Origin: Chthonomonadales bacterium
GTDB taxonomy: Bacteria > Armatimonadota > Chthonomonadetes > Chthonomonadales > Chthonomonadaceae
Reading direction: 5' to 3'
Assembly (NCBI GenBank): GCA_038217285.1
Contig: JBBQPO010000023.1
Coordinates: 1 to 34,251, forward strand
DNA length: 34,251 bases
Position numbers and translations under genes: made by a program. The notes under the pieces are model-generated. The model did no database searches and had not been told where the DNA came from. It saw only the letters and a list, made by a program, of their open reading frames with translations. Positions 1 to 7,914 of the stretch are shown one piece after another. Each line of letters starts with the position of its first letter. The stretch's first letter is position 1.

Positions 1-366
1 ACACACGCCGTCTTTTTGCCGCGCCACGTCCAACTCAGTTCGCGCTTGCCAATGTTACGCTTCTCTCGGTCCGGCAAGCAGATTATGTGGGTAATCGCGC
101 AGGTTCAGCCGGACCCTCTTGGAGATCTCTTACACCGTTTCCTGCCGGCCCACACGCCCCATCGCGAACTCCGTGAGGGAGTGTGGGTGGGCCGCAGCGA
201 TGGAACGCATGTGCGTGCGCTCGGTTCGGTGCGGATGCATATCGCGCAGTCCGGCATCGAGGAGAGAGAGGCACCGACCTACGAAATCGGCGATGCCGAC
301 TGGATGACGGATGAAAGACGAGTATGGTTCTGCTATGCAGATTTCCGCACCGTGCCCGTCGAATAG
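1..366 (+). CDS. 3' part of a hypothetical protein (runs off the window start), possibly TolB/beta-propeller-like C-terminus
   Basis: Frame 1 is open from base 1 to TAG at 364-366; ends VWVGRSDG...DWMTDERRVWFCY, resembling propeller blade ends. Confidence 0.5.
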   Translation, partial: THAVFLPRHVQLSSRLPMLRFSRSGKQIMWVIAQVQPDPLGDLLHRFLPAHTPHRELREGVWVGRSDGTHVRALGSVRMHIAQSGIEEREAPTYEIGDADWMTDERRVWFCYADFRTVPVE

Positions 367-535
367 TGGTAGATCCTTTGGTGTCTGAACCGGGCTCTGT
401 ACGTTAAATCAACGGACGGTTGGCTGCTGGGTATGGGAGATAGGTGAGAAGGGGCATGTGGGACGGGCGCGTGGGAAAGGAGTCGATTGACGCAAATGAG
501 AGCAATCTATATTCGACAAAGCGGCACAAATTGCT

Positions 536-714
536 GTATGGTTGTTCCCTTCCCCAAATCGTTGGCCCCTGCGAGGAGACCAGGAGTTTGGCACTGCATC
601 GGGCTTGGAATGGGTTGTGCCCTGGTTCTCGCGTGTCTGGTGCGACGGCGACGGGCGCGCAAGTAGGTTTCGAACCCTGGCTACGGAGTTACCGGCGACG
701 GAGGGGCAACATAC
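536..714 (+). ncRNA. candidate structured non-coding RNA (family unknown)
   Basis: Ends pair (GTATG 536-540/CATAC 710-714; TCGTTGG 559-565/CCGGCGA 692-698); internal stems 576-584/621-630 and 591-594/617-620; G.U pairs favour the + strand; no convincing ORF; terminator downstream. Confidence 0.3.
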
Positions 715-778
715 TCTCAGACCACCTGGTTTGCTTCTATTGCATGGTGTGAATCGTCGATTCCAGATCGCAATCAAA

Positions 779-820
779 AGTCCGCCGTCGGAGAACTGCT
801 CTCCGGCGGCGGACTATTTT
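779..820 (+). terminator. intrinsic terminator-like hairpin
   Basis: AGTCCGCCGTCGGAGA-actgc-TCTCCGGCGGCGGACT, 16-bp stem with one G.U pair, followed by ATTTT. Confidence 0.6.
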
Positions 821-945
821 ATTGGCAGTGAGGGGCGGCGGAATGTTTCCGATCAAACCGCAAACCCCGTGCGTTGCTCCGCGGCCTCGGCGCGGGAAGC
901 TCTTTCTGCGAGATTACCCGGTGGGGCAGGGCTCGAGGACGTGCC

Positions 946-1110
946 TCACTTTCGCAAGAGCCGGAGTCCCCCCAGTGTCAGGACAATGGCGGTGACATTC
1001 ATTACGATAAAACCCGCCAGATTGAATGGGTGGACCACAGCGGCGACCATCACGTTCAGAATCAGCAAGGGTAGGATGAGAACGGCGTGGTTCAGGGTTT
1101 TGCTCTGCAT
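946..1110 (-). CDS. small membrane protein with two TM helices
   Basis: MQSKTLNHAVLILPLLILNVMVAAVVHPFNLAGFIVMNVTAIVLTLGGLRLLRK: two hydrophobic stretches and a basic C-terminus. Confidence 0.45.
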   Translation of the reverse strand: MQSKTLNHAVLILPLLILNVMVAAVVHPFNLAGFIVMNVTAIVLTLGGLRLLRK

Positions 1111-1201
1111 AGGAGACTCGCTTTTCCGGGCCAAATGACTGGTTTACAGTCCGTTACGGTTGTAGAAGGACGCAAATTCGCGTCCGGCTCTTTTTGGTGG
1201 C

Positions 1202-1489
1202 TTATCCGCTGGACGAACGAAATAAGCTCGGGGTTTCACTGCATGACGTGCCGGTCAATCCCTCGCGCACCGTGTGGACTGCGTTCATCAAAACATCGAG
1301 GCCGGATTCCTTCGCCACAAAGGCATTCGCTCCCAGCCGCATGGCGGCCTCGACATAGTACGGCTCAGAGTGAGAGGCCAGTGATGACATCGGTGGTGAG
1401 GCCCGTAGTGGGATCGACATCGACAGGACGGTCAGGAGTCGCGGATACAGCCTGCGATGCAGGTAGCTAATCTCAATTTGCATAACCAA
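1202..1489 (-). pseudogene. fragment of a NarL/LuxR-type response-regulator receiver domain
   Basis: YPRLLTVLSM...HSEPYYVEAAMRLGANAFVAKESGLDVLMNAVHTV matches the C-terminal half of REC; the phosphoacceptor half and HTH are missing; ~15-aa insert after LSM. Confidence 0.5.
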
Positions 1490-1512
1490 GACGGCGGACG
1501 AGAAATTGTTGA

Positions 1513-1577
1513 GGCTGTTGTTGTAGTAATCTTGATATTGCAGTTATCATTATGATACAATGGATATGGATCGGACG
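1513..1577 (+). promoter_or_regulatory. sigma70-type promoter element, copy A (shared with 24074-24138)
   Basis: TTGATA (1532-1537)-18 nt-TACAAT (1556-1561); 51/65 identical to 24074-24138 without gaps. Confidence 0.7.
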
Positions 1578-1632
1578 TTGTTTTGTTCTCTTCTCAAAGG
1601 GTTAATGCCAATGACTGACCTCTCTGAACCGC

Positions 1633-1648
1633 CGGAACGGGTGTTCCG
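1633..1648. promoter_or_regulatory. palindrome matching the Gram-positive/Chloroflexi-type LexA (Cheo) box
   Basis: CGGAAC-gggt-GTTCCG contains GAAC-N4-GTTC, ~70 nt downstream of the -10 of promoter A. Confidence 0.35.
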
Positions 1649-1674
1649 CCTACCTCGCTCAGAATGGGGGCTCC

Positions 1675-1998
1675 GTGATAACAACGGACTCGACTGGTTC
1701 TCTGTGCCCGACACCGCCGCTGTTGCCGCCCACCACACCGCTCGAAAGCCTGGGGCTGCGGTGCAAGATGTGTCGGGACTGCCGCACGCTCAAGCCGCTG
1801 GACGCGTTCGCGTACCATCCCAAACCGGCTGACCGCTGTTCGCCTTACTGTCGCTCATGCGCTTCGGCACGTGTGCGGCGGTGGCGGCTTGCGCATCCGC
1901 AGGCTCAGGCCGCGATTCAGGCGCGTTATCTGTGGCGGCGCAAACTGCGTTCGATCTCCTCCTGCTCTCTCCCCATCTCCCCGCCCATTGGGGTCTAG
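1675..1998 (+). CDS. phage-type zinc-finger protein (stand-alone N-terminal Zn finger of EndoVII/HNH-type proteins); start uncertain (1675 GTG or 1768 ATG)
   Basis: CRDC-RTLKPLDAF-...-YCRSC followed by a basic helix (RVRRWR...RYLWRRK); no nuclease domain follows. Confidence 0.6.
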   Translation: MITTDSTGSLCPTPPLLPPTTPLESLGLRCKMCRDCRTLKPLDAFAYHPKPADRCSPYCRSCASARVRRWRLAHPQAQAAIQARYLWRRKLRSISSCSLPISPPIGV

Positions 1999-2161
1999 CC
2001 ATTTCCGGTAACGATCCCTGGTTATGTTTGTCTGGCGTGGTCGCGTCCGCTCCACCGAACGTCGATTTGGGCGTTCTGTGGGGTGGACGCGGCCCGCCTC
2101 CTCTTCTCTTCGACCCGGTCTGTGGCCGCTTGGTCGTGATGACGAAAGGCGCTTCTCTCTC

Positions 2162-3100
2162 ATGGGATTTCTCGACTATCTTTCGCCGATCGTGGGCGGC
2201 GTCTCTTCGGTGGTGGGGCTAATTCAGGACAGTCAGGCCCGGCAGCGCGCCCAACAGCAACAGCAGCAGGCTCTGCAGGCGTACGGGCAGGCTGCGGATC
2301 AGCAGTATCAGAATATACTGGGCAATAACAGCCGAACGCTCTATGGGCTGGCGGGGCAGGGCGCGACGGCGATTTCGAACTTGGGGGCGAATCTGGGCAG
2401 CGCGCTGGCGGGAGCGGGGGTGTATAACTCGTCGGCGACGGCGGGGGCGCTGGACCAGGCACAGCGGGACGAGGGCACGAACATCGCGAATCTGGCCGCG
2501 CAGAACTCCTATAACGCGAACTCTTTTTATCATCAGGCGCAGCAGAACCTGGCGCAGATGCGACTGGGGCAGGCGAACACGAATTATGCCAACGCGAATG
2601 GGGATCTGCAGGGCAGTCGGCAGGGTCTGGGCAGTTTCCTGGGGGCGCTGACGACGAGTGATCTATTGGGGCACGGAGCCGCCTCCGAGGCTCCTGCTCC
2701 GAATCCAGACTACAATCAACTGCTGAAGCAGGGCGATATTACGGAGGCGGATCTGACGGGTGGGGGCTCTGGTGTGGGTGTACCGATGGGCGTGAACCCG
2801 ATGCAGGGTTATGACCCGAACACGCCGCTGGGGTTCGGGACTCGGCAGGCCGCGATGCCGGGCAGTCCGGCGGCGCTAGGTGCGACGACGCAGGCGAATC
2901 TGGCGAGCAGCGGGGCGAACGCCTACCGCACGGCGCTGCCGCAGATTCCGGGAACGCTGGCCCAGGGAGCGAACCTGGCGGGCAACGCGGGCGGGATCGG
3001 GAATAGCGGGGGCTCCTTTTATGGGCATCCTTATTCGGGCTGGAACGGGCTGCTGGATAGGTATACAACGGGGCTTTCTGGGGCGCTGCCAGGTCGGTAG
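2162..3100 (+). CDS. putative virion DNA-ejection/pilot protein
   Basis: ATG 2162; N-terminal Gly-rich hydrophobic segment (LSPIVGGVSSVVGLI) then Q/A/N/G-rich helical region, the composition typical of podovirus ejection proteins (P22 gp7-like); lies downstream of promoter A. Confidence 0.55.
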   Translation: MGFLDYLSPIVGGVSSVVGLIQDSQARQRAQQQQQQALQAYGQAADQQYQNILGNNSRTLYGLAGQGATAISNLGANLGSALAGAGVYNSSATAGALDQAQRDEGTNIANLAAQNSYNANSFYHQAQQNLAQMRLGQANTNYANANGDLQGSRQGLGSFLGALTTSDLLGHGAASEAPAPNPDYNQLLKQGDITEADLTGGGSGVGVPMGVNPMQGYDPNTPLGFGTRQAAMPGSPAALGATTQANLASSGANAYRTALPQIPGTLAQGANLAGNAGGIGNSGGSFYGHPYSGWNGLLDRYTTGLSGALPGR

Positions 3101-3141
3101 AGCGTCTTCACAACCCTTCTTTGGCGAGGTAAATTTTTCTT

Positions 3142-4506
3142 ATGTCCGATTTTCCTTCCGATAGTTTGACGCCGTTTCAGAGGCTGATTTTGAGCCGATT
3201 TCCAGGTCAGACGCCGCCAGCGGACGCTTTCGCGGGCTGGTCACGGCAGGCTGATCCGTCGGTGTTCAACCCGTTTCAGCCGGGGGTGGCGCTGCGTCCG
3301 CTGGGCGAGGGCACACCTCCCGCCTCGTTCGGACTGCCGCCGACTCTGCTGCGGGGTTCTGGCGTGGTTTCGGCGCAGCGGGGGTTGGCGTCACCGATAT
3401 CGGGTCTGCAGGATCCGGGGAATGTGGGTCTGGTGCCGATTCCGCCTGCACCGGACTTTACGCAGGATCTGGCGCGGTATGGTCAGGTTCTGCACGATCA
3501 GGCGGTCAACCGGGTGACACAGCAGGACGTGAGCGGGGCAGAGGCGCTGGGACGAGCGGGCGGGTTTCAGGCGGGTCTGAAGGCGCTGCCGAGTTTCGAC
3601 GCGGCGGACCCGGCGTATCACTGGAACGCGGTCGCACCAGAGAGTCTGGGCGCGCCGCGTCTGGTTCCGCTGCCGACGCGGCCTGCGGCGGGCCATAGTG
3701 CGCTGGCGCAGGGGCTCGCGGCGCTGGCCGGTCTGGTGGATCCGCGCGCGGCGGGCGGCTACAATGCCGCGCCGTTGCAGGCGGGTATCGAGGCGGCGAA
3801 CACGCAGTACAACGACCGTCTGCGGCAGTTTGGGCAGGCGCAGGAACAGTCGAACGCTCAGTATGCGGCCGAGCGGACGAACGCGGAGCAGGCGAACCGA
3901 TTTGCGCTGGTGAACGCGGAGGAGAGCGAGGCGGCGGCGCTTCGGGCGCGGCAGGCGCAGGATACGGCGGCGCTGCGGCGCGCACCCTACGAATCGGGGG
4001 CGGCGGAGGTGGGCGCGCTGGCGACGAGTCTGCCGGCGCTGGGGGATCGGGAGCGGCTCTCACTGGGCGGCGGGGCGGACGCGGCGGCGATCCTGGAGAA
4101 GATGAATCTGGTGGACAAGCAGTATACGCAGGCGCTGGAGGCGGCGCGCTATACGAACAACCCGCTGGCGCGCATCCAGGTGGAGACATTGCGGCAGCAG
4201 GGGTTCTACTATAGGGCACTGCTGCGGAAACTGGAGGCGAGCCCGGGAGGAGACGGCGGCGCGAGCGGATTGGGAGTGGGGGCGACGAGCGCCCCCAGGC
4301 AAGCGGTGAGTGCGCCCCCCGTGCTGACGCCGGGAAGCCCTGCCGCGACCCGCAGACCGGCTCCTTCGGCAACGCCACCCGGCAAGCCTCCGAACGCGGC
4401 CTTCAGTCCAACTCCGTCGGCAACGCCTCCGGGGAAGCCGACCTCCGTGCCGACGAGTCGGTTCGCGCCAGCCAATCCGAATGCGCCGAATACCACAATT
4501 CGTTAA
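3142..4506 (+). CDS. putative second ejection/internal virion protein
   Basis: 454 aa, Pro-rich termini, central hydrophobic LAQGLAALAGLV then A/Q/E coiled-coil; co-oriented with the previous gene; PSATPPGKP occurs twice (4363-4389, 4414-4440). Confidence 0.45.
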   Translation: MSDFPSDSLTPFQRLILSRFPGQTPPADAFAGWSRQADPSVFNPFQPGVALRPLGEGTPPASFGLPPTLLRGSGVVSAQRGLASPISGLQDPGNVGLVPIPPAPDFTQDLARYGQVLHDQAVNRVTQQDVSGAEALGRAGGFQAGLKALPSFDAADPAYHWNAVAPESLGAPRLVPLPTRPAAGHSALAQGLAALAGLVDPRAAGGYNAAPLQAGIEAANTQYNDRLRQFGQAQEQSNAQYAAERTNAEQANRFALVNAEESEAAALRARQAQDTAALRRAPYESGAAEVGALATSLPALGDRERLSLGGGADAAAILEKMNLVDKQYTQALEAARYTNNPLARIQVETLRQQGFYYRALLRKLEASPGGDGGASGLGVGATSAPRQAVSAPPVLTPGSPAATRRPAPSATPPGKPPNAAFSPTPSATPPGKPTSVPTSRFAPANPNAPNTTIR

Positions 4507-4581
4507 TGTTCAATTTTCGATTTGCAAGGAATGGGCCGAGAGAAACGAAATCTCCCGGCCACAAGAGGGTGCGCGAAGGGG

Positions 4582-5508
4582 CTATGTTGGCGGTGCGGGG
4601 GGATCGTCAGAGGCGTAGCAGGCGACGTTGATGAGCTCGTGGGAGAAGGGCGGCGGAAACTCGGTGAGGCTGCCGTCGCTATGCTGGACCTGATAGGTGT
4701 AGTGCGCAAGGGGGCGCAGCAGTTCGGTCATATCGGTCATCGACCATCCGATGCCGTTGGCGACGGTGTAGTGATATTCGTAGGTTAGACTGGGATGGTC
4801 TTTGGTGATCACCTCGGTCGCGCCGCGAATGACGTTGGGCTCGTGTCCTTCGACATCGATCTTGATCAGGCCGACTTTCGGGATGGTTCCGTCTTGGCGG
4901 AGACTGTCGAGGGAGCGGCAAGTGACCGGTGTCTCCTGGAACTGGATCTCGACATGGGTCTGGTGAAAGGATCCCCATTCGGAGTTGCCGGGGGACGAGT
5001 AGAAGGTGAGCGTCTCGTCTTTTTCGCCGACGGCGCACTGGAACAGTCGGACATTGGTGAGGCGATTGAGCGCGAAGGTGGCGGCGGCGAGTTTGGCGGT
5101 GGATTCCGAGGGTTCGAAGGCGAAGACCGGCACCCGATCGCCCAGACTTTTGGCCATGGTGGCAGCCAGCAGGCCCATATTGGCCCCGACGTCCAGATAG
5201 GCACCGCTATTTGGACGATACATTTTGAGCAGGTTCCGAATGTTGGGGCCGTCCCAGTCCGGGTGGACGGCACAGACGACGGAGTAGATTTCGCGACTGT
5301 CGCCGACAAAGGCGACGCCCTCTTTGGTATGGGCGATGAAATACGGCTTTTTCTGCGTGATTCGGCGGATGATGGCATGGATACGATGGGGAAAGCCTTC
5401 TTTGAAGCGGCTTCGGAACGCGAGGAGCGACCAGATCCATGTATAATTGCCGACCTGGGGCAGGAAGGTATCCAGGCACTGCTGGAACTGCTGGGGAGGG
5501 ATTTCCAT
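4582..5508 (-). CDS. FkbM family SAM-dependent methyltransferase
   Basis: Motifs YLDVGANMG, VFAFEP, AVGE, LDSL, IKIDVEGHE...GA. Confidence 0.92.
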   Translation of the reverse strand: MEIPPQQFQQCLDTFLPQVGNYTWIWSLLAFRSRFKEGFPHRIHAIIRRITQKKPYFIAHTKEGVAFVGDSREIYSVVCAVHPDWDGPNIRNLLKMYRPNSGAYLDVGANMGLLAATMAKSLGDRVPVFAFEPSESTAKLAAATFALNRLTNVRLFQCAVGEKDETLTFYSSPGNSEWGSFHQTHVEIQFQETPVTCRSLDSLRQDGTIPKVGLIKIDVEGHEPNVIRGATEVITKDHPSLTYEYHYTVANGIGWSMTDMTELLRPLAHYTYQVQHSDGSLTEFPPPFSHELINVACYASDDPPAPPT

Positions 5509-5783
5509 CGAGACTCCATTCTACAAGCGAAAAATTAGCTGCGGCATCGACCGCGCGATTTTACATTTGAACAAGCCGAACAAGCACTCTAACAGTATAT
5601 ATTTCTCTGTTATGTGGGGAGATTCCTGCGCTTTGGGCCAGAGCGCAGTTCTGGCTTGGGCAGTAGGGTGGGTCACTTCTCTATATTTCTCAATGGGGAA
5701 TACAGAGAACTGAGGAGGCTGACATGTTTTCTACGGTGAATACAACGCCCCTCTGCTTATGAATTGCCGGTGCCTGGCAGCAT

Positions 5784-5810
5784 GAAAGCCAGCGTGAGGC
5801 GCTGGCTTTC
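5784..5810 (-). terminator. hairpin, likely terminator of the two small minus-strand genes
   Basis: Perfect 11-bp stem GAAAGCCAGCG-tgagg-CGCTGGCTTTC. Confidence 0.5.
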
Positions 5811-5839
5811 GTCATTACTGGTGGGCGTGGGTGGACTCT

Positions 5840-6069
5840 CTATTTGTGATGTCGGTAGTGATTCCCGGTTCGGGCGTTGCGATAGTGTCCGCCTCCGTGC
5901 GAGGAGCCATGACCGCCGACATAGTGTCCGCCACGACTGGTATGGTGTACAGTGTGATGGGAGTGATTAAGATGTGGCGCACGTAGTGGTGTTGCGCCGA
6001 CGCGTTCGGAAGGGTGGCCACGAGAGCGAGAAACGCTGCCGCACAGGTTAAATATCTGATTGTTATCAC
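5840..6069 (-). pseudogene. small secreted His/Gly-rich protein with a frameshift near 5970-5985
   Basis: GTG 6069 overlaps the upstream stop (GTGA); signal peptide ...LPNASA-QHHYVRH; a shifted frame then reads NHSHHTVHHTSRGGHYVGGHGSSHGGGHYRNARTGNHYRHHK* (stop 5840-5842). Confidence 0.6.
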
Positions 6070-6248
6070 TTTCTGTCTCCCTTATCGCCCTGGCCCTCGG
6101 CGACCTTCGTTTTGGCGGCTTGTTTCACGTCTTGACTCAAAGATTTTCCGACGTCCGTCTGGTCTTTGGTAAACTTGCCGTTCTCATCGCGGCGCACGAA
6201 GCGTTTATCGCCTTTGTGCGGTTCCAGCAGTTCTCGTTTCTGTGCCAT
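6066..6248 (-). CDS. small conserved hypothetical protein
   Basis: KRELLEPHKGDKRFVRRDENGKF...DVGKSLSQD...GQGDKGD, a recognisable small hydrophilic family; GA-rich RBS upstream. Confidence 0.75.
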   Translation of the reverse strand: MAQKRELLEPHKGDKRFVRRDENGKFTKDQTDVGKSLSQDVKQAAKTKVAEGQGDKGDRK

Positions 6249-6441
6249 CTCGCTCGCGTCTCCTCTCTCATTTTGTATGGTTGTGCGTCACCCGTTACTG
6301 TGGGTAGTGTTGCGGTGTCAGCGGGAAGACGGTGAGGAGAAGCGGTGAGTTCCGTGGAAACGAGGGAGCCGGACTTGCGAGAAGTTTTCCGATGTGAGCG
6401 GCGTTGCGAACATCTGGGCAAGTTGTGTACCCTACATAGAG

Positions 6442-6447
6442 TATAAT
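6442..6447 (+). promoter_or_regulatory. -10 element, probable leaderless promoter of the HEAT gene
   Basis: Perfect TATAAT 7 nt before ATG 6455, with no Shine-Dalgarno between them. Confidence 0.45.
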
Positions 6448-6454
6448 CGTAGCT

Positions 6455-7678
6455 ATGCTACCTACCGACTCTCATTTCAATCCGCCCCCCGGCGTTTCGC
6501 TCCCTTCTGAGGAGGTGCTGCACCATATCAACGGTCTGAAGGCGGAAAATCGCTATACGCGTTCTTCTGCGGTGAAGGCGCTGCGGCAGATAGGGGATCG
6601 ATGGGTGGTCGAGCCCTTATGCGCGGCGCTCCAGGATGAGGACCAGGCGGTTCGCACCTCTGCGGCGAAGGCGCTGGGGGAGATCGGGGATGCGCGGGCG
6701 GTCGTATCCCTCTGCAGGGCGTTTGCGGAGGATGACCCGTCTGTTCGTAATATCGCGGCCTGGTCGTTGGGTCAGATCGGGGATGCGCGGGCCGTCGTGC
6801 CCCTGTGCGAGGCGCTCAAACTCGAGATCAGTTATATCCGTCTTTCTGCTGCTGAGGCGCTGGGTCAGATCGGGGACGCGCGGGCTGTTGAGCCTCTCTG
6901 CGCGGTATTCAAGCATGCGGATCCGTCTGTTCGCTCTGCGGCCGCGAAGGCACTGGGTCGTATAGGGGATGCGCGGGCGGTTGCGCCGCTCTGCGCGGCG
7001 CTCAAAGTTGAAGACCCGCCTGTTCGCTCTGCGGCGGCGAAGGCACTGGGTCAGATAAGAGATGTGCGGGCGGTCGAGCCGTTGTGCGCGGCGCTTGAGT
7101 CGGGAATCCCTTATATTCGGATCTCTGCCGCCGAGGCTCTGGGCCGGATCGGAGATGTGCGGGCGGTCGCCCCTTTGTGCGCCGTGCTCAAGGTTGAAAA
7201 CGAGGAGGTTCGCACTACGGCGACCTGGGCGCTGGGGCAGATGGGAGATGCGGTCGGACTGCCCTTGCGGATACTTTCGGCGCCGACTCTCACTCCCGCA
7301 GAGCGATTGACGGCCCTGCAGTCCTTGACGGGCGCTTTGCCCAGAACTGCGGGGAAGGCGGTGCGTTATGTGGTTGGGGATGTGCAGACATTCTGCGAGA
7401 ACTTATGCGGAACGGTTCGTAGTGGAGAGAGTGCCAGAGAGAGTGTTCGACGCGGTGCGGAAGCAGTGCTGGCGGAACTGCAGAACAGAGCGAACGCGAA
7501 GGTGCTCCTGCGTGCGAGTGTAAGCGATGATGCCAGGGAGAAGGACGAACTGCTGCGGGGTGTCTCCGACCGATCCAACACGACCGCCTCCGGCGAACTG
7601 CTGCGTCCTTCGGAAAACTCGGGTGAAGCGAACAGCCCGAAGAAACCGGGGATACTGTCTCGGATTTTTGGGATTTAG
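6455..7678 (+). CDS. HEAT repeat (PBS lyase HEAT-like) protein
   Basis: About eight 31-aa repeats VRxxAAxALGxIGDxRAVxPLCxAL (~93-bp DNA repeats); C-terminal LLRAS...ELLR repeats. Confidence 0.92.
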   Translation: MLPTDSHFNPPPGVSLPSEEVLHHINGLKAENRYTRSSAVKALRQIGDRWVVEPLCAALQDEDQAVRTSAAKALGEIGDARAVVSLCRAFAEDDPSVRNIAAWSLGQIGDARAVVPLCEALKLEISYIRLSAAEALGQIGDARAVEPLCAVFKHADPSVRSAAAKALGRIGDARAVAPLCAALKVEDPPVRSAAAKALGQIRDVRAVEPLCAALESGIPYIRISAAEALGRIGDVRAVAPLCAVLKVENEEVRTTATWALGQMGDAVGLPLRILSAPTLTPAERLTALQSLTGALPRTAGKAVRYVVGDVQTFCENLCGTVRSGESARESVRRGAEAVLAELQNRANAKVLLRASVSDDAREKDELLRGVSDRSNTTASGELLRPSENSGEANSPKKPGILSRIFGI

Positions 7679-7723
7679 GGATGGACTATGATCTCTGGTC
7701 CAACGGTCACAGAGATGGAAGGA

Positions 7724-7756
7724 CAAGCCCCCGACGTTTACGTGGGGGTATCTGAC
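7724..7756 (-). mobile_element. remnant IS200/IS605-family end hairpin (resembles the 5' end of IscB-element/HEARO RNA loci)
   Basis: Minus strand reads GTCAGATACCCCCACGTAAACGTCGGGGGCTTG...GACCAG; no tnpA, tnpB or iscB ORF adjacent. Confidence 0.4.
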
Positions 7757-7914
7757 TCTAGGGGCCCAACGTCATCGGGACAAATGTTGTGTTAGGGACG
7801 GTTGTTCGGAGGCGGGCCTGACGCGCGAGGGCCTCCTTAGTGTAGACCCGACCGGGTATCGCAGAGGTGGGCCGGATGGAAGCAGTAGTAAGGGACCAGG
7901 AGCGGAGGAATGGG

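Noticed and set aside
650-690. tRNA or tmRNA suggested by GGTTTCGAACC
   Set aside because: No cloverleaf, acceptor stem or CCA end could be built on either strand.
6550-7260. CRISPR-like periodic repeats
   Set aside because: These are ~93-bp in-frame coding repeats of the HEAT protein with no unique spacers; no cas genes are present.
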